Shown piece after piece: positions 1 through 12,200 of a stretch of 64,000 nucleotides of DNA (position 1 is its first letter; every line of letters begins with the position of its first letter). The translations under genes were made by a program, and so were the position numbers. The stretch is from Magallana gigas (lineage: Eukaryota). The stretch is taken from contig NC_088855.1 of NCBI RefSeq assembly GCF_963853765.1, positions 1,426,001 through 1,490,000 on the forward strand, given 5' to 3'. The notes under the pieces are model-generated. The model ran no database searches and had not been told where the DNA came from. It worked only from the letters and a program-made list of their open reading frames with translations.

Positions 1-62
1 AGCAAGCAAAAAATAATGTCTGAATATGTGATTCAATCAACTCAAGAGAAAACTGTTCTAAC

Positions 63-257
63 CTGTGAATGGACAGCATGGCATACTTCAGACTGTTCTG
101 ATTGGCTGAGCCCTGCCTGGCCTCCTCCAGCACTGTGTCACTGATTACATCATCAATGATCTTGATGACCTCATCATTACGACCTCCATCAAACACTCCA
201 AATAGACCCTCCACCTCATTGGTGAACTGGGGTTTGTTCAGGATGGAAACACCAAGT
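63..257 (-). CDS. PHLPP: PHLPP exon 15 (PP2C domain start)
   Basis: LGVSILNKPQF...GLFGVFDGGRNDEV; taatag|A ... AG|gttag. Confidence 0.92.
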
Positions 258-3200
258 CTATTAAAAAAAAACACAATCAAAACCATGAAACAGATAAAAT
301 CCTCTGCTAATTTACAGTGGAAACAAACATGTACAGAAAAGTTTTACTCTGATGAATAAAATACATGTACATGTCAAATTTTGTTTTAACTCGACATATG
401 CTGTGCAATGACGTAGTCTGCCATCTGTGCAATATTAAGCCCTATAACAATGTTTCTAGGACAGTGTAACCTACTTGTTTCTCATCCCTGAGGTCAGGGA
501 CAGCCCTGTCTGCCAGGGACACCCCCCGCTCTCAAATGGCGCCTGTCTAAGGTCTAACAGTGACCGGTTCTGTCCCCGCATGTCCACTGTACAGATCTTC
601 TTCACAGAGCTGAAAAACAATCAAAACACACTGTAGACACAGAACAATGAGTGACCACAAACAAACCAGACAACTGTTCTAATCAATAGTGTATATCGAA
701 TATTACACTACACTTTTTTTTACAACAAGTTATAGAAATCATCTACATTGATTAGAATCTATGAATAAATAGTCCATTTTTTTATTTCTCAAAATGCTTT
801 TGCATTTGTGTTTGATGAAAAAATATTAGAGATCAGAGGCTACTTCCAAATTTCCAGTATGTGTGAACTACTGTTTCTGCACACACACAGAGCTAGCTTG
901 GTCAGTGATATCATTACCTGAGCCCCCTCAGTTCACTACTTTTGACCATGATGTCTGGGTTCCCTGAGATGTCCAGCAGCTTCACCTGTGACCCCATAAG
1001 ATTGGTGACCGACACATCCGACAGACGGTTGGATCCAACCTCAAGCACCTGTGGAAGAACAACAATCACCTGTCAGAGTTAGAACTATGTAACACTAACA
1101 CCACCAGCCACACCTAAGGACTGTTCAGTAGAGTGGCATGGCACTCACACTGCTGGCCAAAGTTCCATCCAATAAAAATTGTTGAGCTCCTGTTTGCACC
1201 TGCTCTGCTGAACAGACCTTGGGAGTGTCTAAATTTTGCCTCTACAAGTCTTTATATTAGCCCCTTCTATTGTTCTGATGTTGCCGTGGTACCCACCTTG
1301 AGGTTGTTGGCCCGTTTGAAGTCGGGGAGTTCCTTCAGGTGGTTACCATTGGCCCTGATGATCTGGAGCTTGGGGTGTTTCCCCAGGTTAGAGGGCAGAG
1401 TTCGAAGGTCATTCCCTGATAAATTGATCTCTTGCAAGTTCTCCAGCTTCACTATGTCTCTGAAAAAGAAAGGTCACAGTAAAGATAGATGCTAAAGCTA
1501 TAGTTCACTTTACTGTACATGTAAGACCCTTACTTCATTTTAAAGATTTAAAGCAATTAGATTTTGTGAACTGAAAGGCAGATTTTATTTAAACTAGTAT
1601 AAGTACAAGTAGTAAAGATAATGTTTTAAAGAAACTTTAGAGCAGATAACAAGGTGTGTAATAATTCACAGCATGGTGTCATCAAAATAAATTGATTCTG
1701 ACTACAACCAATAAATGGTAGGAAGTATCTTTACCTGTTTTTGATTTCTGTGATTCTGTTGTGAGCGATGTGTAGAATTCTGAGCTTGGTGAAAGTACAC
1801 AGGAAGGGGATGGAGTCATCCTCCAATCTGTTGTCAGAGAGGTACAGCTCATGCAGCCGGGAACTGTGGGTAAAACTGAATTGTGGGACAGACTGGAGGT
1901 CATTTCCTGTCAGGTTCAAATACTTCAACCTGCAACACAACAGAAAGAAAACTCATAAAGACTGCCAGTGTATGACTAGGGGGAATTGGTTTGATTTGTG
2001 GAATTCTTGGGTTTAAGGCGGTGTTATAAATAGCCTTCATTTGTTTAAATTTCTATCTTTATCTTAAGAGTTGATTTCACATTATTTAATAATTTCCATT
2101 GTTTGGGTTCTTAATTTTGGGACTGATTGTTGCAAGTTGTAAAGATTTCATTTTTAAGTTGGTTTTGATCTGTATGAATTTCTCCCTCAAGGGATGAGTT
2201 CAAAATGATTAAGATTTGTAAGTTCCTAATTCTGGGGGGTTAACAGTTGTTAAGGTTGCATTTTTCTATTAATAGGGTTTTCATTCACATCTATGAATTA
2301 TGGGTTTGAGCTTATTTTGAAGTTCTTTTTTCCTTCTTCCTATTCTCTTCAAAGTTGATTTTCATAATGATTTAGAATTTTTATGTTTCTTAATTTTACT
2401 AGGATCAATGTCTGCATGTTATGAATTCAAATAATTAAAGTTGTCTTTTTTAAGTGGATCTGAGGGGCTAACTTACTTGCTGGCCTGCAGCATGAGGTGG
2501 CCAGGTAACAGAGTCAGACAGTTGTGCTCCAAGTGGAGGTCCTCCAACACACAGTTCTGGAGGTCCGAGGGGACCTCAGAGATCTTATTGTGACTTAGGT
2601 TCAGCACCTTTAGCTTACGGGCATCACAGAACAACCTGAAATATACACCCACAAATATACACCCACAAATACAGCAACTTATTCTCTTGTTCCTTGAAAA
2701 CTTTTAAAAATAATTTTAAAAAATACATCTTACTGCAACTAATTTTCTTAAATGTCAAAAACATCAGCAATGTACATAAATTAACGATTCCTTACTTATC
2801 AAAATAAAATGTAAAAAATACTCTACTATCTAAAAGAAAACCTTTTATAATTGTGGTTGATAATACAAAGACTTTCAAATCAAACTTTAAAAGCAGATAC
2901 TCTTTTGTGGAACCATAAAATAAATCACACTTTAAGGGGGACAACTCCGACTCACCTTGGAGGAAGATCTGTTATCACATTATGACTAGCATCGAGTTTG
3001 ACCATGAAGAAGCACTCGGAGGCCCAAGAGGGGAGACAGGGCAGCTTGTTTCTGTCAAAGTAACATTGTTGTTTACACACCAAGATTCAAAGTCAAAGAT
3101 GTCTCAATATATATCACATTTCAAACATTTCATCATAAAATACATTGTAAGCTTCTCTCTCACCTTGAGATGTCCAGATTGACAAGCCACTCAGGTTTTG

Positions 3201-6200
3201 GATTGACTGAAAATGTTTCCAACACTGTAAATAAAGAAAGCAAAATATTGTACTTGATTACCAATCATAACATATGTAGAACATGGCGGTTAAAGGACAA
3301 ACAGAAGACTTTTGGATAGTCTTATATTGAAGATTCCAAATTTTAATTTTTGTTCTTAATTCTGTGTTTCCTTTTGTATCGAATTATGAATATATATTTA
3401 AATTGTGAACACTTTTTAAAAGTAACTACCCATATGTAAACACATCTTACCGGGACAGTGGTGTATAAGATTCTTAGTAATTTTCCTTGACTCCTTATTT
3501 CTGGGATTCAAGATATTTTGTTTTGTGAGAATATCAAATTGTGAACACCTATACTAAGTGTTATTACCCAGTAGTACTGTACATGTGTCTTACTGTTATC
3601 GGTGGCGTACAGGTTTTGTCTTACCGTTATCGGTGGCGTACAGGTTTTTGAGGGAGGAGCCGTTGACCTGCAGACTCTGCATGCCGTTCCTCTCACAGTT
3701 CAGGTATTCCAGAGACTTCAGGGACCGGACATCCAGGTCTTTAATCTGGTTGTCCCTCACGTCTAAGTGGGTCACCAGTTCCAGGAAGTGGAACTTGGCC
3801 GTCTCACTCGGCAGTAAGGAGAGGCTGTTCATTCTGAGGTCGATCTTCTTGATGTGCTGCATCCTACACAACACCTCGTGTGGTAATTTCTCCACCCTGT
3901 TCCCTGCCATGATAATGCTGTCCAAATTAGATTTGGAATTCTGGGATTGGAGGAGGACCTCTGGGATTGTGGTAAAGTGGTTAAAGGCAAGAACCAGGAT
4001 CTTGAGCGAGCTCATCTCACTCATTTCTGTGGGTAGTGAGTTCAGGTGATTGTTGTGGATGTGTAACATCTGCAGGCTGCAAATCAAAAATAATACAAGA
4101 TTATATATATACGATGAACATGTGAAATAAGGAGATTGATCAGCATACATAGATTTCAGGTACAACCATTTTTATGTCATACAGAAAATGTACTAGATTA
4201 AGTATATAGTCAACTTAACCAAATATTGCAAAGCCACTTGTATATGTTAGTTGTATCAAGTAAATAGCAGAAAACAAGTGTACCACTGTACTCTCAGCAT
4301 GATACTGCATTAGAGAGAACAAACAAGAGTCACAATTTTTCTGTTCAGAATTTGCATGGAGTATACATGTATTTAATATACCTGGACTATCTCACTGAGT
4401 CTATCATATCTGGACAAGTGGAATATTCCATTGAGTCTATCATCTCTGGACAAGTGGAATATTCCATTGAGTCTATCATATCTGGACAAGTGGAATATTT
4501 CATTGAGTCTATGAATTTCTTACCTGGACATGTGGACTATTTCGGAAGGGATCTCTCTGATTTTGTTGGAGGCTATGTTGAGTTCGGTGAGCGTCTTCAT
4601 CTGGCAGATGGCGGCCGGGAAGTTAGACAGGTTATTGTCTGCTAGATTCAGGCTACACAGACTGTGGAATCTACAGCAGACAAGGAAAATGTCAGAAATC
4701 AAAAGAAACCAAACACATTTATTGACAGAGGCATCATTAGTATTACTAAGTATTAGTAATTACTATTATTAGTCCTGTGGAATATTTATAAATTGTGGCG
4801 GCGCCTGTACTTGTTTGATATCTCTTGCCCGCTTATTTACTGTTACATCCTTACCTAACAAATTATGATGCATGCTATCTATTTATTGTTAGATTCCATG
4901 AAATTACACCTTCCCTAAATATTTGAAATATTTGCTCCAATCCATTTCTTCAGTACATGTACTTCTACAGGTTTGAACAGTATTTAAAGTAAATGAAGAT
5001 TTGATTACCGTGAATGATTTATTTGAAGTAACTGAAGAGTTTGTATGATACTGAATAGTGTGGAGTAGTGACCTAGACTCTATGATACATATATACAGTA
5101 CATGGAGTAGTAAATATGTCTACTAATACAGAATACTCTGAGGAACTAGTGTGTATAGGTATTATAATATAGTGTGTATAGGTATTATAATATAGTGTGT
5201 ATAGGTATTATAATATAGTGTGTATAGGTATTATAATATAGTGTGTATAGGTATTATAATATAGTGTGTATAGGTATTATAATATAGTGTGTATAGGACC
5301 AGAGACGGTGTCAGTTAGTTACTTTGGTAGGTCGTCCAGCCACCCGATGGTGTAGATGTCCTCCTCAATAGGACGCTCCTTGAGGGCGTTGTGTCGCAGG
5401 TTCAGACACTTCAGGTCCTCGTTAATGAACACTGTCTCCGGCAAGAACTCCAGGTGACAGTTGGACAGATCCGCCTTAGAGGGGAGCTTGGCTGTAGCCT
5501 ATAGATTAAAGGTGAAACAAAATAATCAATTCATTGAACCACATGTCCATTAAACCACCTACAACAAGAGAGAAGGATGAAAATAAAAACATCATTCAAA
5601 CAGAAAATGGTTCCCATGAATGAAATGACATTGAATCTGATAATTTCCTTACAATAAATGTACTATTGTCTATCAGTTTAACAGGAATCCTCTGAACTAG
5701 TGATAATAGCATGTAACTCTACTAACAATAGAAGCAAGCGTTAATCAAGTTTCGGCTCTGACCTTTTTGGTTTTGCGGAGCCACTTGGAGTAGTCTGTGT
5801 CACTGTCGAAGGACAGGTAAACAGAGCGGTCACCCTGCTGGGTGGAGGTGACCTTCAGACAGCGGTCATGACCTTTGACCGTGACCTCCTCTACCTCACC
5901 CTTCGCGAGCTGGACCACCGTCGGCTTGGTACTCTTGCTTTTGTCTGCAGAACAAAGAAATCAAGTCAGGCGTGGTGCATTAAAAAGCTTGTTAAGGAGC
6001 TACAACATCAATTGTAGGGATCGAAGCCCCCCAAAATCACAGTACTCCACAGTAAATGTAAAACCTCTTAGGTCAGCAATTTATATCCAAGATTTTTATA
6101 TATAGTTATTTTGAGCTTATAATTTAAGACAAGTTAATGTAATTATCTATCTTTGATCTTTGTTTTTTGACAGTCACTATGTATTTCACCTGAAAATAAT

Positions 6201-9200
6201 TCTTTGATATTCTATGAATGAAGTGTTTTCTCTTTGACTTCATTTTTATCATTAACAGTTAAATTTAATTTCTCTCTATAAACAAGATCAGCTTTAATTG
6301 TAGATACATGCATTAATTTTCTGCTCTCCTTCATCCCTCTATCACATTGTCTGTGTCTTTACTACATGTATTACAGTACTATATAAGATGTTGCTATCGA
6401 GATATTCTCACTTTCTTATTGAACAAATAGAGATATGCATAAATATTCTTTGCTTTTGAATATAAAAAATAGATATTTTTAAATTTCATATGTACTAATT
6501 CTTTGCTCTGGTGACCCAGACATCCTTAATTCTTTGATAATACTATAAGACTAATTCTTTTCTACTTTTTAATTGTTATAGATGACACCTCCATTTCATT
6601 GTACTGGACATTCTATAGCCCATGTAAACACTGGACATTCTGGTAATGCTACAGATGCCATAATGCTATATATACATCAAATAATATCATAGATACCCCC
6701 CCCCCCCCCACCCTGACTCCTCCCCCCCCCTCCCCCCAGACAAGTATAGCAGTGACCCTGACCTCTGTATATAAGTAGGCGTGTCCCCGACACCACACAC
6801 AGTCGTCTGACCCACTGGTGGAGTAGCTTCCCCTTTCGTACATATGCGTACGTCGTCAGCTGGTTCCGGGAGTACGTACCGTCTGACATCGGCTTGCCTG
6901 GAATATTTAAACAATTAAAAGGTAGTTAAAAACTGGGCAAACTAAAAGGTAATTGATATTTGAATTTCAAAAAACTGATATTAAAATCGGCTGGGTTAAT
7001 ACATGTAAAAGGTCAATAAAATTTGGTTATTAAAATCTGGGTTAATAAAAGGTCAATAAAATTTGGTCAGTCAAAAAACTGGTATTAAAATCTGGGGCAA
7101 TAAAAGGTCATTTAAGTATGGAAAATTAAAGTTCATCAAAATTAAAAAATATAGAGAGAAAATGAATCAGTTGGCAAGTCTTCAAATTAAAGCACACAGA
7201 TAGAAGTCTGACAATTAATACAATTTAAGCACTGGTTTTGTCTGATTGTAAATTAAGTCTGTACAGATAATTTTTAAAAAATATGATTTTACGTCAAATA
7301 TTGAATTTAGTTTAGGATCACATTTACTGATATTTAAGCCTGATGGCGAGACTAGACAAGTGTTGTCAACAATGAATTCAGTTGAAAACCAGCACAATAA
7401 AAAAATCAATTTTTATGTTTATAACAAAATGTGGTCTAGATTGAATTTTTCCATCCTAACCATCAACACAAATTTAACAGAAAACAACACCTTAGCATTT
7501 TCCATAAAGATGCATAGCATATAGTTTTTATCTGCCATGTATTTTGTATATTACTCAGTAGATGTATTGTGCTAGATGTGGAAACTGTGACAAATAGATT
7601 GTTCATATAATTACAAGGTTATTACCATTATTAATGAAATTAAACATTGAATGCAATCTTTGTAGAGCAATGTAAAAGTAAATAAGTGTAACGTTCATCA
7701 ATAATTAACGTCACAATAACAGCTAATTAATTACACATACTCATCAGGTAAATAAACTGGTTCACCCTAGTCCCCTGGAAAACAGGCCGTGCATTTTGTG
7801 GTTTGAGAGACAGAATAATTTATGAAATTTCAAGCCCATGGGGTGAATTTATTTCCTACATTTGTACGTAGGTTTACATATATATATATGCTTATTGCAT
7901 TTAATTAATTCCATCAATGGATGTTATGAAATGAGTGTAGGTTGATTTATTTCAGATGAAATGTTGTATGATTTATGTTAGTATACAATTTGGGAAAATA
8001 ATGTAAAAGTAATATTTCCTTTAGAACAAGACAGATTCACAAAGTCTGATAAAGTCATGATAAGATCAAGTTAATAACAGGTTGAGAATAAATAAGCTGT
8101 ACGTGTACCCAGTAACTGTTCATTAAACTTTAAACATGCACACAACTATAAATTACGACCCCAACCCATTTGAAGCAGATATATAACCGCCATTTTAACC
8201 AGATCTAAAGCAAACGTACAATTAATTACATATCAAATTACAATAATTATTACATAATAGAAATGGAATGAAATTGCATTCTTTCATAGATAAAATCAGT
8301 GGCTATATCTTATTGATGACACGTAAACTAACACGTAAATTAAAAAAAACATAGCCTACAGCTACTGACAATATCACTCACGCCCAGATAATCACCGATA
8401 ATTAAAGACCCAGTACTCTACATATACCTATAACATTATACCAACATCATTGTAAGTGCTGAGCAGTTATCTGATAACAGCTAGGCTACAACATTACACA
8501 GTATATGTACTGGTGTACAGTAGTTGTAACGGTACATCAGGTCCCTGTGTTACAACATTACACAGTACATGTACTGGTGTACAATAATTGTAACGGTACA
8601 TAAGGTCCCTGTGTCATCACTTAGTGACAACATTACACAGTACATGTACTGCCTGTGTTATAGTAATTGTCACAGTACATCAGGTCTCTGTGTCATATCA
8701 CTAATGGTTGACATTGTAATTATCATCTGATGATTGAGGTCAAGAAGTGCTTAAGCTGAAATCAACACATACTTGATAGTGTACAAGTGAGGACTTATAA
8801 ATCATTTCAAACTATTGGTAGTTGTTTTATAAATAACTCACTACTAGGTTAAGGATATCCCTCAAACTGTTTTATTACAAATTGCTAGGCTAAGGGTATC
8901 CCTCAATCTGTTATATTGCACTTTGCTAGGCTAAGGGTATCCCTCAATCTGTTTTTACTTATTACATATTACTAGGTTAGGGATTTCCCTCAATTTGGTT
9001 TGTTATGCATGTACAAATTACTAGGCGAGGGGGGAATCCATCTTTTCCAAGGTATTTCTGGAGTAATCCTCCTTGTGAATAGTGATAATAACTATCATAT
9101 TAAAGTTCAACATAACCACATCAATTATTCTGCTCAACTGCTTTTTATGATCACATTTAATTCTAATGCAACTATAAAAAGTCAACATTTTTAAAATAGC

Positions 9201-12200
9201 TCCTTCATTATTTCTTCTTAGTGAAATGCATGGTCTCACAACACCTCATATTTTATTGTTGAGAAAAATATCTTGTTTCATAAAGAATGCTGAAGTGTCA
9301 TGAGAAATTCAATGAAATGTAGTTCACAATTTCTATGTACAGAGTTGACCCGTGCGTTAAGGTCCCAATGATAAATCGGTGTTCATATATCCAATTACAA
9401 CAAATACTTTAATAGACTGAGATATAATTTAGATGGATCGGAACAAGTTTGGTTTATATGAATTTTGAACATTGTAATAAATTGTCCAATCATTCAGGGT
9501 TTATGTTCACTTATTTGTCTTGTCACTGTGGTACTCATAACAAATTGTTCATCACAAAAGAATTGGGACATGATTAAGATATATATCTGTAAGTATTTCA
9601 CAATCGTCACTCACAAAATTTATCGTTACATTGCATAATATATCTTAAGCAAGTTACAAGGGTATTTTAATCAAAAATTTGTTAATATATCGATAAATTC
9701 ATTAATTTCTTTTTTGGTATCTAATCTCATTTTAGGCAAATCAATGGAATGCTTTATTGTCATGGACATTAGAAACAATGCCCCCCCCCCCCCCCCCCCC
9801 ATCCTAAAATACACAGGGAGCACAAAATATTTCTTAAGAATAATTCTATAGTTGTTGAAGGTCTTCCCTATCACTAAATACCTGTTTATTTATTAGCGCT
9901 ACCAAAACTACTGAAATAGTTTACAAACAAGAGATAAACAGACCATATTTACGAGGGTCCATTTTATTTATGTTGCATTTTCTTACCAATCAGGATAAAC
10001 ACCTAAATGGCCTCATTGAGGACATTTTTTATGAGATGTTTTATCTGTCTAACGACCCTGGAATGGCATGTAGTTGATCTAGATATGGATGGTGCCAGGG
10101 CTCCGCTGGAACACCCCTATACCTAACAGGACACTTCCTCTACTCTAAAACCCATCAACCAGCGCACAAAGTGGCCAGCCCCAGCCTTATCTGGACTCGA
10201 ATATTTGTCCTGCTGATGCTTTTAATGTATAGCTCTTAGTTCAGAGATTGGAGCGAGATCTGACTGCGTTATGGAGGACCACTATCTACTGTTGTCTGTT
10301 AAAGAAGTCTTTACTCATATGTAGACCAATGGAGGACCACTATTTACTGTCGTCTGTTAAAGAAGTCTTTACTCATATGTAGACTAATGGAGGACCACTA
10401 TTTACTGTCGTCTGTTAAAGAAGTCTTCGGTTTACTCATACAGAGCCTGATGGAGGAGCTCTTTATATTTACTGTAGTCCGTTGGAGAAGCCCTAGCTTA
10501 CTGTTATAAACACAAACTGATTGTGACAGGACCGGGCTGATTGGCTGATGTGGGATGAAGCAATTTATTCATGACCCTGTATTTTCATTCTTAGCTTAAG
10601 TCAAAGTCAACATAAACAAAAAAAACAAGCGCCCCTAATAAAAGGTAGTCCTCTTCACTGAAGTGTGTAACTGACGCATCCTGACAGACATCAATTCAAT
10701 GTAAACAGCTTAATTATTGCTGTACTGTAAAATTACCATGTCCTCTTAATGTTTGATTTTAAGAACGATAATAAAGTGCAACCCGGAATAACAGGATTTC
10801 TGTATGTTTGGGAACCTGCATAACCACTTAAAACCTGAAATCCTAACATAAAAACACCCAGGATGATCTCATATAATGTTATGAGCACCTGTCAACGAAC
10901 CTAACAGACTGAATCATCATCTTACCTGCATAGAACTTGACAAGCCAGGAGAGGTCGGGACACAGCCCCATCTGCTGAATCTTCTTAGTGTCCTTGTAGC
11001 CCACATTCTGTAGGTATTCATTCTGAATGGCCAGCGGGCAGTCAAACGGCTCCAGCCTCCGAATAATGTCCCCATTCAACTGAATGTGCATGGAGTTGGG
11101 GGGTCGCCCGCACTGTAGGCAGAGTTTGTGGGCGGAAGTTGACAGAGTACAGGGGAACACTTTAGACACCTCCGAGTCCGGCTGAAACACTCGCACGAAT
11201 CCATTACTGGTGTCCTTCTCCAGCCACTTCCTGTCCACCTCGGTCTTTGACTCGCGTAGCTGGCCCATGGACTTGTCCCTCTCCTGTTCCTCCCTCTCCG
11301 AGACCTCCATGTACAGATCAGCGATAGAGTCACTCAGGTCCCACGTGTCGTCATCGTTCTTGCCGTGGATGGATAATCCGACACTCTGGTGAGTGAGCCC
11401 CTGGTGGAGGAACTCGCCCATACTCCACCAAGCCTCCGCTCCGTGATACTGAGTCCCGTACAAACTCGAGCCTGACTCACTCTGTGGCTGAGTCTGAGCT
11501 GTGCTGTTGCTGGAGATCGAGTTGAGACTCTGGTGCCCTGTCAATGGCTGGTTGTCGGGAGGCATCTCCAGCATGACATTAGTTCTGAAATCCAAAATGG
11601 AGATAAAAAGATTACTTTTACCTGGAGAGAAACAACAATAGGACGTCAATCAATCATACCACTACAATGACAGAGTAATGAATTGTCGGTTGACGATTTC
11701 CTCCGCTGACAGAGAGCCGTGAACTGATCGTTCATTCAGGAGGAGTTACGGCCTGTACCACTGCACATTTCTATGCATTGTGCGCACATTATACAGAACC
11801 TGTACTTTCCACAGATTTCACCAGGAAGCTACGACCAGAAAAATTGTTGATATATTCGTTTTCTGTCAAAATGATCTTTCTGCCTCGTTTGTTTACAAAA
11901 AAAAACTTCAATTTGTCTCACCAGAGGAAAAGATTCATCAAGAATTAGCTTCTGTAACCGGAACAGTCACAAATTACAAAACAAATGATAACAAAAGTTC
12001 TTTCTCAAATTCTGAATCAATTGCTCTGTTTTTTTTAAGATTTTAACAGTTCATGCTTAATACTTTATTCTATATTAATTTCTACATGGCAAACGGATCT
12101 CTATATATTCAGTAATTAAGTTAACATATACACATCATTTACATTCTTTCGTATGAAATGAAAATCAACTGAACATTTACTTTTAAAGGATCTGGGGCAG

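Noticed and set aside
102-6105. Plus-strand ORFs (102-359, 1133-1495, 1768-2016, 3558-4049, 4530-4772 etc.)
   Set aside because: Antisense shadows of GC3-rich PHLPP exons.
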